Of a stretch of 64,000 bases of DNA, positions 13,322-25,020 are shown piece after piece (position 1 is the stretch's first letter; every line of letters starts with the position of its first letter). The stretch comes from Eledone cirrhosa. Taxonomy: Eukaryota. The notes below the pieces were generated by a model that did not search any database, had not been told where the DNA came from, and worked only from the letters and a program-made list of their open reading frames with translations. Both the position numbers and the translations under genes were made by a program. The stretch spans positions 243,102,001 through 243,166,000 of the forward strand of contig OZ024740.1 in NCBI GenBank assembly GCA_964016885.1, written 5' to 3'.

Positions 13322-13991
13322 GGGGGAGGAGGGGGAGTGTGTGTGTTTATTGACAGTCATGTTCACAAGAAAATTGCTGATGAACTGGTTTAAATTCATA
13401 AAGCCATTATAACATCATCACAGTTAACGTAAAATCTAATACTACCATATTGCCAGTTCAGAATTATATTTATGTACACATATTTCATACAAATAGATCT
13501 ATTAGGAATGATACAGTACCACAATAATGAAGTGAAAGAATCACTGATGAGATGCCTCACTTAAATATTCAAAGCCTTAATGAAATATAATGCTAAAAGC
13601 CTCACTGACTTATTTATGTATTTATTGTGCTTTTATATATTGATTGCTCTAGCTTCTATTAACTCTTTCCTCAAACATGCTCATACACCTCTAATGTTTT
13701 CTTTTACTAAAGTATTTCATTATATACAGAACAAACAGAAAGTGAATTCTATATAGATATGAAGCAATGTGTGTGTATATATAGATGTGTGTGTGTATAT
13801 ATAGATGTGGGTGTGTGTATAGATGTGTGAGTATATGTATTACATGTGGATATGAAAACTTGTTAGCTAATTTAAGTTAGTTATGATGGTAAGCCAATGA
13901 GAAAAGCCTCAAGATGGTTGCTTGATCCAGTAAATCTAGCAGCCAAATTTCTCCCAAATTTTTCCCTTTAAGGAAGAACATATTAGATAAT

Positions 13992-14092
13992 TGTTTCTAC
14001 TTTAGGCACAAGGCCAGCAATTACCCAGTTCATTACTGGTACTTTATTTTATCGACCCCGTAAGGATGAAAGGCAAAGTCAACCTCGGCGGG
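13992..14092 (-). mobile_element. 5'-truncated SINE S1
   Basis: 7-bp TSD agataat (13985-13991 / 14093-14099). Confidence 0.9.
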
Positions 14093-14169
14093 AGATAATA
14101 TAACCTGAAATATATCACAGAAATATGACAACTTATCATGTCTAGGGATTTGATATTATTTCACTAGGG

Positions 14170-14351
14170 AGGTGGATTGGCAGTATCGGTAGAGGGTCGA
14201 ACGCCATGCTTTCCAGCATAGTTACGTCCCTTTACGATCTGAGTTCAAATCCCGCCGAGGTTGACTTTGCCTTTCATCCTTACAGGGTCGATAAAATAAA
14301 GTACCAGTAATGCACTGGGTAATTGCTGGCCTTGTGCCTAAAGTAGAAACA
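14170..14351 (+). mobile_element. SINE S1
   Basis: 15-bp TSD attatttcactaggg (14155-14169 / 14352-14366). Confidence 0.93.
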
Positions 14352-15216
14352 ATTATTTCACTAGGGTCATGTTAAATCCCTATTAAAGTCATATAGCTGA
14401 TATTAGATCAATCTGCTTCACTATATATAGGGGTACCATGAGAAAGTTTAGCTTATGTCTGAAGTCAATTGGAGCAGGGAATACTGTATAACTATATCTT
14501 TATAAATGATACTAGGCCTTATAAGCATTGAGATTTAAAAAAAAAACTATGGCCACTTATAGGCCTCAATGATGACCATTTATAATGGTTATATTATATA
14601 ACTAATGTTATATAATTTTGTGTGTTCGTGAGTGAAATACAAAAATATTATAATATCATCAAAATATTATTAATATTCGGTTTGTTTGCAAGCAAACAGC
14701 CTCATAATATTGTATAATGACAAACATCATGCAATAACATATCTAATGTGATATAATGTCTAACATCATGTAATAATATAATGTAAATGATATGAGGTGT
14801 AACATAAAATATGACATTAAACATTATATGATATACTAGCTGGCCTCGTGCCGTCAAAAATGATGTCTAATTGTAGTATCAACAATATAAAAAGGGTCTG
14901 TCTTTCTCTTGCTAAACGACATTTCCTTTCAATTGCACTCTCCATTACTGAAACCAACCTAAACTCGTATGACTTGAAGCCACATAAAGCAGGCTGTGAC
15001 TTATAGTTGATGTCATAAAACTCCCTATTTAAAATTTATTACATACATTTCTTAATATAAATATATTAAGCACATGTATGAACTGTTAAATTATACAAAC
15101 ATATACATAAACAGACTCATTATAGAAAATAATAATTGCATGCACACACATTGTTTCCTACACTTTGTCACAGCCCCCTTCCTTTCACTCATCACATAGA
15201 TGTGTGTATGCCATAG

Positions 15217-15402
15217 GGCGGTGGATTGGCAGTATCGGTAGAGGGTCGGACGCCATGCTTTCCAGCATAGTTACGTCCCTTTACCATCTGAGTTCAAATC
15301 CCGCCGAGGTTGACTTTGCCTTTCATCCTTACGGGGTCGATAAAATAAAGTACCAGTAATGCACTGGTAATTGCTGGCCTTGTGCCTAAAGTAGAAACAA
15401 TT
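15217..15402 (+). mobile_element. SINE S1
   Basis: Near-identical to 14170-14351. No clear TSD. Confidence 0.9.
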
Positions 15403-15618
15403 ATTTTGTATAATCTGTCTGTATATGTATGTGTTTATATTTATATTCTCAAACATAGATGAATTACCTCCCTTTGTGTGATGGACAAATACACAAGAGC
15501 ATTATATATTAGTAGATGATATAAAACATATATTACATGATATTTACATTATGTCTAATATTATTTACATTAATACAATAAACTAGTTTGCTTATAGAGT
15601 TTTCAGTTTTATATATAA

Positions 15619-16569
15619 CTAGCAGTAAAGCCCGGCGTTGCTCGGGGTCGCTCAGTAGCTGTGTTAAAGTTACAATGTTAAGTTTCTTTCTTGGCTTAAA
15701 AACTGTAGTGTCTACTGTGCAGACTTGCATGTGGTGTTTTTGATTAATATTCCCTCAACCAACAATATGCCTTATGAAGTTAAGAAAACATAACGATAAC
15801 CCGAATGTTATAACAAAAGAGGATGCTGGGGATAGAAACTGCACTGGTTATTTATTAACAAAGATCGAAAATGTAAACACTGCAACGCAGAGAAAAACAT
15901 TAGCGTAACCAAATTATCAGTTATGTCTGTCTGCACGCCTATATCACCTCTCTGCACGACTGTCTGTCTGCACGCCTATATCACCTCTCTGCACGACTGT
16001 CTGTCTGCACGCCTATATCACCTCTCTGCACGACTGTCTGTCTGCACGCCTATATCACCTCTCTGCACGACTGTCTGTCTGCACGCGTATATCACCTCTC
16101 TGCACGACTGTCTGTCTGCACGACTGTCTGTCTGCACGCCTAACGACGAAATATTTGCTTGTTTTACGTAGTCTTTAAATAGACTTGTTTTCAAGTAAAA
16201 ATATTGTTTTAAAATGCTTTTAAATGGAAATGAAGCAAAACGGAAGCTTAGTGTTCGAACTGATGAATTTTGCAGGTCAATATTTTGCTGGCTCGACAAC
16301 TGTTAAAGCCAGCGTAATTTTTTACGTAAGACGCTCAATGTAAACAGAACAAAGGGAAATAACTGATCACTTACGCTCAAAAATCGATACATTATATTCG
16401 ATTTCGTCACATAGGGTGGGTCAATTTGAAATTTTTTTTTCCCGATGTCTTCGCTAGGGCTCAATGTACAAGTATAGCAATTTCGGTGCAATTCCGTGAG
16501 AGATTCTAAGAGGAGATGTGTGCCAAAAATCGATAGACAGACAGACAACCACAGTTTTATATATATAGA
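15619..16569 (-). mobile_element. Non-autonomous Helitron
   Basis: On the minus strand: 5' TC, 3' CTAG preceded by GC hairpin cccgagcaacgccggg, inserted between A and T, no TSD, (CTGT)n near the 5' end. Confidence 0.8.
15924..16142. repeat. 37-bp minisatellite inside the Helitron
   Basis: Unit tgtctgtctgcacgcctatatcacctctctgcacgac, 5 full and 2 partial copies. Confidence 0.92.
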
Positions 16570-16730
16570 TTAGTATTTATATAGTTTATATTCTGGTTAC
16601 TGATTTATTTGTCTACTTAATTATTTTTGTACATGCTTGGGATCAATAAAGGGTCAAGGAATCCTTGATGGGGCCAATTGTCAAACAAATTTGGAGATCT
16701 CTGATTTAGAATGCACCTTAATAGCAAGCA

Positions 16731-16912
16731 GTGGTGGATTGGCAGTATCGGTAGAGGGTCGGACGCCATGCTTTCAAGCATAGTTACGTCCCTTTACGAT
16801 CTGAGTTCAAATCCCGCCGAGGTTGACTTTGCCTTTCATCCTTACAGGGTCGATAAAATAAAGTACCAGTAATGCACTGGGTAATTGTTGGCCTTGTGCC
16901 TAAAGTAGAAAC
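16731..16912 (+). mobile_element. SINE S1
   Basis: Full S1 body. Confidence 0.9.
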
Positions 16913-17089
16913 AAGTATTTTCAAGAACTTGATGTAAATTACCCTTCTCAAACAATTGTCAATAACCAGATAATACATAAAGTACATAAAGCTAGTTAAT
17001 CAGTAGATTCAATTTTCCATTTTTTTAAAGTAAATTCATCAAAGGAAGGACAGTGATCATGACCTTTGTACATCCTTTCAGGCTGGTGA

Positions 17090-17530
17090 GACTAAGGCTG
17101 TGAATATCCATTTTGAATATCCATAGGTCAATTGTAGAAAAATTAGGAACAGTTAAGGGGGTTGTATTGTGAGGAACAACTGGATGAAGTATTTAGTGTG
17201 GAGTCTGGGAGATGAAAAGAGAAGTATCTTGATTAGCAAGGTTATAAAACCAGCCAGTTCAGAACAGAAGTTGTTGTAGCAATGGTAGCAAAGACAGAGA
17301 AAGGAAACTGCATCTTAAGCTAATGGTTAGGACTTCATGGTAAGTGAACTTTTGCTAATCAATCAAATAGTCTTGTGGGGAAATGATTGTGAGACCAGAG
17401 CAGAATAGTCCAAGATATCTGAGCAGTACTCTAGTATATGTCTTACTTGGGGTTTGTGGGGAATCAACAAATAATCATGACTGAAGTATTTCCCAGCTGT
17501 AAAGTGCTATCCTAGATTTTGTGATCTAAT
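17090..17530 (-). mobile_element. Old Jockey/CR1-group LINE 3' remnant
   Basis: Minus-strand translation KYFSHDYLLIPHKPQVRHILEYCSDI resembles the LY..VRP.LEYCS..W motif. Confidence 0.55.
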
Positions 17531-17551
17531 TTTTGAATTATATATATATAT

Positions 17552-20290
17552 GTCATCTGGGTCTCGCCACACAGATAGTTCACTTGGACCCAATGGGTCG
17601 ACTGGTGGTGCTGGATCTTGGCAATGGTGAAGGTGGAGCCTTTAGGCTGGTAGCCGCATATGCCCCTTTTGGGACAGAGCGACCCGACTTCTTCCAGCGT
17701 CTGGAGTCTTTTCTAGGGACGTCCCGTTCCCTGCTTTTAGTGGGGGACTGGAATGGTATCCTGGATGCACGTTGGGACTATGCAGGGGCATGTCCCAATA
17801 GAGAGGGGTGTAACAGCCTCAAGGAGTTACTCGGCCGATTTGACCTGGCCGATAGATTTCGACTAGATTTTCCGACTGTGCCAACCTGGTCTTGGTCAAA
17901 CCGCAGCGGTCAATCTAGATCGTACCTAGATAGGTTCTTAGTTAGAAATAAGGACAGGGACTTTTTAAGTTGTCCAGAAATACTCATGTTTGGCTATTCA
18001 GACTACAAGTTAGTGACCTGCATGGTCAACCTTGATAGAACGCATAGACAGGGTCCCGGTTACTGGAAGCTGAACCTGTCCCTACCGGCAAGTAAAGCTT
18101 ACAGGAACCGGATTAGTACGTTAGTTAAGGAGCGGTTGACTGGAGCGATCGTCAACAGCAGGTGGTGGGTATCTCTAAAGAGAAAGATTAGATTAGTCTC
18201 GATAGAATTTAGCAAGGTTTTAGCTGCGGATAGGAATAGGAAGGAAAGGGAGCTGATAGACAGAGTAGAAGTGGCAATTAGAAGCGGCGACGTGGCCAGA
18301 GTGTTAGCGTCGAGAACGGCTTTGAGCCAGTTTTTCGACGCGAAGCACGAAGGCTGCGTTGTCCGAAGTAAAATACGTGCTCTAGGAAACAAGGGGACCA
18401 AAGCTGTTAGCTGGGCCCGCGTGACAGAAGCCAAGAGTGGAATTAAATCCACCATCCAGTCTTTGCGAGACCAGGATGGACAGGCGATCCTTGAACCTAA
18501 GCAGATGTGTGAGTCCTTTCAAAGGCACTTTGCCGGATTGTTCGGAAGAGGCGGGGAGCCGGTTGAGGAAGTGGACTTCGGTCCATACCTCAATGGCCTG
18601 CCGCGTCTTTCAGAAGAGGAGGCGAAGTCCTGCAAGGAGCCGATTTCAGCCGCTGAGCTAGAGGACGTGCTGAGCCAATGCGGCAAACGCAAATCCCCGG
18701 GTCTCGATGGTCTTCCATACGAACTATATCTAGCTATGCCGGACTTGTTCCCCGATCTCCTCGAGGCGGTCTACTGCAACTGGCAACAAAACGGGAGAAA
18801 TCCCTGTTCTGTGACCAATGGCGTAGTAATGCTAGTGTGGAAGGACGAGAACAGGGGGGACGAAATAAGTAACTTCAGGCTCATAACTCTGCTAAATACA
18901 GAGTTACAGATTTTGGCCAAGGTGTTAGCAAAGAGGTTGGCGCTTGTCGTGGGCAACCTGGTGGGAGATGCGCAGACATGTGTATCCCGTCCAGATCCAT
19001 CCACGACAACCTCCACCTTATGCGATACATCATAGAGAGGGTTGGGAACATATCCAGCTTTGGTGGGGCCCTGATCAACTTGGATCAATCTAAGGCGCTC
19101 GATAGGGTCGACCATGGTTACCTGGATGTGGTGCTAGCGGCGGCAGGCTTTGGACCAGTTTTCAGGGGCTGGATCACTGCTATGCACAGCAGCCACATCT
19201 GCTCTAGAGTCAAGGTGAACGGCTACCTCTCGGAGCCGTTCAAAATCACGCGGTCCGTCCGACAATGATGCCCTCTCTCCTCCCTTCTGTATGTATTGAC
19301 TCTCAAGCCACTACTGCGGAAGTTGGAGTTGTTGCATCACTTTGGAACCGGGATTACGAAAAGCGGTGTCAGCCTACACCGATGACGTGACAGTAATGGT
19401 GTCGACGGCCTCCGAAATCGGGGCGATCGGCACCTTACTGGAGGAGTACGAAAGGTTTACAGGGGCTAAGCTGAACAGGAACAAGTAAATTGGTTTGCAA
19501 CTCGGCACGTGGAGGGGCAAACCGATGCCCTCCGATGGCGTCGTCGGACGCTGGAGGGAGGGCCCGGTGAAGATGCTCGGGGTCTGGTTCGGACCAGACC
19601 TCCAGGTGGAGAAGAACTGGGATGAGGTTACGAACAGGGTGTTTGCACTGACCCAGAAGTGGGCCAGATGCAAACTATCCCTGAAAGGTCGGGCGGAGGT
19701 GGCGAATACCTTTATAGCATCCGTCAGCTACTACCGCCTGACCATCGTGCCTTGCCCAAGGGAAACCCTCGCCAAGATGGAGCCCGCATTCTTCCAATTC
19801 TTTTGGAAGAAGCAGGCTCCTTTGGTGAGGAGATCCATTTACTGTCAACACCCTTCGAAAGGAGGGCTGGGGATGCCGTGGCTAATGATGCGTAAACACA
19901 CATTAAGGCTACGACACCTCCACGTATTCCTCACCGGTCAACCGGTGTGGGCCCCGTTTGTGAGACGAACCTTTCCCAGACTCGTCTCACTCACCGAGCT
20001 GTAATCCTGGGTCAAGAAAAGACCGAGAAAACTGGGTGCCTGGCACACTGAATGTGCCCAGGCGCTCACGGCCGTCTGGCAAGTGGACCCGGTTATCAGT
20101 GGAGACTCCACCTCGACATTCTATAGAGGACTGGTACGCAGCAGATGTGACGACGCCCTCGCAGAAGCCCTAGACATGGAGGAAGATGAACTGGCCAGCC
20201 TGTTCGGTAGGACATTCAGCCCAGTACCTATGGACAACTTCCAGAAGTCCCTGGCCTGGTAGTGCTACCGAAGGGCTCTACCCGGTCGGG
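17552..20290 (+). mobile_element. L1/Tx1-clade LINE ORF2 (APE endonuclease + RT), frameshifted, truncated at both ends
   Basis: LVGDWN, SYLDRFLV, GYWKLN, KSPGLDGLPYE, LDQSKALDRVDH, SVRQ, AYTDD, LSLKGR, GGLGMP. Confidence 0.92.
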
Positions 20291-21222
20291 AGTTATTAAT
20301 GCCAGAGGAAAGGTGTGCACGACATTTTCATTTCCTGTATTCACAATAATTTCCTTGGTATTGGTGTTGAGGATTATGGTATTGTCAGCACAACGTTTCG
20401 CCAATCTCTATATTTTCTTTATTTGACATAAGGTTGTACATGACTAAACCTACTATTGTGATTTATATCTAAACTTGTGGAGTTGTAGCCAGTAAGGTAA
20501 AAATAGTAGATTAAAACAAACAATGTCCTAATATATGTTCTTTGCTTCAATATACAATAAATAGTGAGAAAATACTATTATGTTTACTTAACTATGAAAT
20601 GTATATAAATTAGTTTTACTAAACAAAACAAGATAATTAAATGCAAAAAGAATTGTCTTCAAATAATCCATCGTAGATCAGATAAACTTTTTTTGGTTTA
20701 CAGATTAAAAGCTTTAATGATTAAACAGTTTTACACTTTAATCACATACAGCTGCTAATTATTAAGCAAGTAAAACTAATATAATTTGGTTTGTAATATA
20801 CTAAAAATTAACAGGCCAAAGCGGATTTTGAGAATAGCTTAATCACAAAGCATGGAGCATAATCAAGTTGTGCAAGTCTAATTAATATAATTCTTTAATT
20901 AAGTATAAAGTATTAGACCAGTAACATAAAGTTAATTAATTAAGGATACAATGTAATGTATGCAATGGCCTGAATAATATCAGACACATGAGGTTCTATT
21001 CAACCATTTTTTACTCACTACTGGTGAAAAACTCAGCATTATGTATACTGTATATCTAACCTGGTTGTAAGCCTACCTGTCCATGCTGGCTAATTGTAGG
21101 TTTGATAGGGTGTCCTGTGGTTGGTTAAGTAACTGCAGCCATTAGTACCTCAGCAGAAATTCAATTCAGAAAACAGAAAACCAGAGCATATACTACAAGC
21201 TCTCATCTTACACTCTAGCTAT

Positions 21223-21232
<10 letters not shown>

Positions 21233-21281
<49 letters not shown>

Positions 21282-21300
21282 AATATTACTATATATATAT
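21233..21300. repeat. (TA)n microsatellite
   Basis: Direct inspection. Confidence 0.9.
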
Positions 21301-21983
21301 ATAATAGTAATGAGAGTAAATGTTACTCATTTACAAGGTGTATTTTAGCTCAATGCAATGATAGGATCATGCAGATCTGTTATATAGTTACAATTTGTTT
21401 ACAAACCAAAAATTAAAAGTTCAAGCCATTTAATCACAATTGATTTGTCCCAGATATAAACTACAGATAGCAAATTATTTTACTTAACAATTTGCCATCA
21501 GTTAGCATTGAGTTTAATTAAAATACCAATACAAATCAATCAGATAATATCTATTACATGAAAATATCAAAATAAATCAGTTAAAAAAATCATAGTTAAA
21601 AAAAAAGGTGTAGTAGTTTTCCTAAAATGAATAGGAATTTATAAAGTTTTAACAAAGCAATATTCATAGTTATCATGAATAATCCATCAAATTTAACAGG
21701 GTTAAAATTTAACAAACCATGAAGTTATACGGAGTGAGTATATATATATTTTAATGTTTTAGTTGTTACCAATTTGTTATATCTACTATACTAATTATGA
21801 AATAATCAATAATACTTAATATGTGAGAAGAGTATATTAGTATCCAAATAAATAAATACGTACGTGTTTCAAAATATTATTTCAGAGGTTAATGAGTTGA
21901 ACTGGTGCTAAATTTATATAGTAGACTTTTAATTTTACATTTATCTAAATATATTGTTATGGAGTTTTAACAAAAAAAAATTA

Positions 21984-22093
21984 TTGTTTCTACTTTAGGC
22001 ACAAGGCCAGCAATTACCCAGTTCATTACTGGTACTTTATTTTATCGACCCCGTAAGGATGAAAGGCAAAGTCAACCTCGGCGGGATTTGAAC
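21984..22093 (-). mobile_element. 5'-truncated SINE S1
   Basis: S1 3' half ending at box B. Degenerate A-rich TSD. Confidence 0.88.
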
Positions 22094-22292
22094 AAGAAAA
22101 AATAATTTAACCTAATAACAAATATTTTGTTAATCCACCACGGAGAAAGCAAGCTTTGCTAAACATCAATTTTTGTACATCTTATAAAGATCCTTTACCA
22201 GTTGAGCTTTTCAAACCCCCTTTTTTATTATCATTTTCCTTATATAAAGTGATCTGTATACAATGTTTTTCTAACATCCACACTTTCTTCCA

Positions 22293-22323
<31 letters not shown>

Positions 22324-22889
22324 TATTTGTATGCTGTATGTCATTTAACATAGTTTACATGCATCTTTTCCTTGTATTTTTTGCCTTACACGTGATTAAA
22401 TTTTACTAATTCTATTGTATATCTTCCTGCACTCCAGACTTCTGACATGTGACCTCTCAATATCCTATTGTATTTTCTTGGAAATGGTTTAACTTTTGCT
22501 ACTCCTTACACTACCTCTCATATCATTAACTTTCTCACTCACTCTTAACCTCTTTTACAAAAGCCAAATGGATTTTTTCACTGATTAATCTCTTATTAAA
22601 AGGTGAATTTAGGTCACCAATCTTTAAGATAAGTATATAGATAGCTAACTGAATGTGGCTTCAAACTGTATTTTTCAGAAAAATTAGAGTACAAATGAAA
22701 ACATGTGAGGTGTATAGTTGTGTAGTAATCTTCTTTCAATACTTTCAGTAGACAGCAAGCTAACAAGTGTTCCATATTTTATGATATATCCTCCATCAGT
22801 TTTGATGATAAAGCATTCTGTTGTTAAAACAATCTTGTGAAATAACATGTAAGTGGCTGAAAATTCCTCAGACACATACACATTTTATT

Positions 22890-23130
22890 TAGTTCCTAAG
22901 CCAGAATTTTAGAACTGTTGATTTGTCTTCATTTCTAGAATCATATCCAGAGCCACTCTGCAAAGTAGCCATCCTTGTGTTGACCAACATGTCCACTGAA
23001 GTCACCGGCCAGGAAGATGATGCTGTCATTTGTTATTGAAGTAGCCTATAAGAGATCCTGATAGAAATGGACCTTTTGTTCTTTACTTCATTCTGATTAT
23101 GGTGCATAAGCAGCAATACCCATTGTTTAA
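22890..23130 (-). mobile_element. RTE APE-endonuclease remnant
   Basis: Minus-strand translation IAAYAP ... IFLAGDFSGHVG. Confidence 0.7.
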
Positions 23131-23614
23131 CACATCTTAGATATTTTTATGCATTTATTTTGAGGGTCATTTAAATCATCCTCAAAATAAATGCATAAAA
23201 ATATGCATAAAAATATATAAGTTGCAGTGAGTGTTAACATCAAACCAGGGTGTTAAAAATATAACTACTGATTTTAAAGACAATTACAATTATGAGTTAG
23301 AATGGGAAACATGAATGTATCCTTTCACAGGAGACCAGAGGAAATAATACGATATATCTGTTATATGGTGAATAACAACATTGCCAGTTACATCAAATAT
23401 ATTCTGAACAATTTAACCTGACAAAAATATCACCTATAAATGTTTTAATGGATAAATGTACAGTATTACCGTCCTTCATATTGCATGAGGATCACATAAT
23501 TTCACACCCATTCAACCACTATCAGACAGACAGCCCAACTATTTAACATAGTCCAGTATCACACAGGGATTCTATGTATATGAACAAACCCCAGAATATG
23601 AATAGTAAGCCCAG

Positions 23615-24445
23615 TAGACGTCCCTCCTCCTTCTCCCTCTGTTGACGTCAAGTCCCCCCAACGCACTTGGGATGCCATCCAGTGTAGCCTGGCCTCAGAC
23701 AGGCTCACGCGCCAGCTCGACCACCACCGCCTTGCTTGTTTTCGTGCGGCCTCCAAACCCCACAGTGGTGCCTGGCTCCATGCCCTGTCCTCCTTCTCCA
23801 CTGGCACGCAGCTAGACAACCATAGCCTGCGAATAGGCGTTTCCCTGGGGCTCGGCCTCCGGATCTGCCATCCACACCAATGTCGCTGCGGTTCCACCGT
23901 GGACTCTTTCGGCCTCCACCCGCTTTCCTGTCGCCACAGTGCCGGCCGCATTCCACGCCATGCTGCCTCAACGAGGTCATTAAGCATGGCTTGGACGCTG
24001 CAGGCTTCCCTTCCCAGCTCGAACCAGTGGGGTGGATCGAGGGGACGGCAAAAAGCCAGATGGTATGACCATCTTCCCGTTCTGCGGTGGCAAACCCCTC
24101 GTCTGGGATGCCACTTGCATTGACACTTTCTGCAGCCGCAACCTAGTGCAGTCTGTGACTGACCCAGGTTCTGCTGTACGTTGGGCTGAGGGGGCCAAAC
24201 TCCTCAAATACCGGTCGCTCTCCGACAGGTTTGCGGTCGTTCCCCTGGCAGTGGAGACTTCTGGTGTCCTCGGCCCCAGGGCTACCTCCTTACTCACCAC
24301 CATAGGCACTGAGCTGGCCAGCCGCAGAGTGAGCCCCGCGAGTTGAAGTGGCTTTTCCAGCGTATCTCCCTTGCCGTCCTCCGGGGAAACACCTTCTCCA
24401 TTCTGTCCACCGGGCCCCATAGTGGGCCCCATCGCGTACCGTTGT
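23615..24445 (+). mobile_element. CRE/R2-group non-LTR element 3' fragment (CCHC knuckle + restriction-like endonuclease)
   Basis: CRCGSTVDSFGLHPLSC..GRIPRH, KPDGMTIFPF..GKPLVWDATC, PLAVETSG. Confidence 0.85.
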
Positions 24446-24805
24446 AGTTGTTGTAGAAGAAACAGGAAGACAACAACTGGAAACTACATGGTGGGTACTG
24501 AAAATTTAATTAAAGCTGCTCAATTATTTTTAAAATGATCTGAATCGATACGTGCCTAAATAACAGTAAGCAATTAAAGCATTAGCTATAATGTAACTGG
24601 TTAAGATATTTTATCATAATAGTTTACATTATTTTCTGGCTAAATACTACATACACACACGTGCGTGCATGTGTGTGTATTGAGAGAGAAGAGAAATAAT
24701 TATTTTCCACTCAACTATCACTATGAGAGCACATGTTATGTCCTTAAAGGGTCACCATATATCATAAATAATTACCACCTTCATAAATAGGTTTTCATCT
24801 TTTAG

Positions 24806-25020
24806 CGTCCAACCCTCTACCGATACTGCCAATCCAATAGCATAATAATAATTGTTTCTTATATAGGCACAAGGCCAGCAATTACCCAATACATTACTGG
24901 TACTTTATTTTATCGACCCCGTAAGGATGAAAGGCAAAGTTAACCTCGGCGGGATTTGAACTCAGACCATAAAGGGCCGTAACTCTTTGCTGCAAAGCAT
25001 GGCGTCAGACCCTCTACCAA
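24806..25020 (-). mobile_element. SINE S1 followed by a second ~30-bp S1 head
   Basis: 24848-25020 is the S1 body. 24806-24836 is an S1 5' end in the same orientation. Confidence 0.85.

Noticed and set aside
13541-13570. ctgatgag as a hammerhead core
   Set aside because: No GAAA after the putative stem II and no stem I.
15924-16142. 37-bp repeats as a CRISPR array
   Set aside because: Units are contiguous with no unique spacers and no cas genes. Eukaryotic minisatellite.
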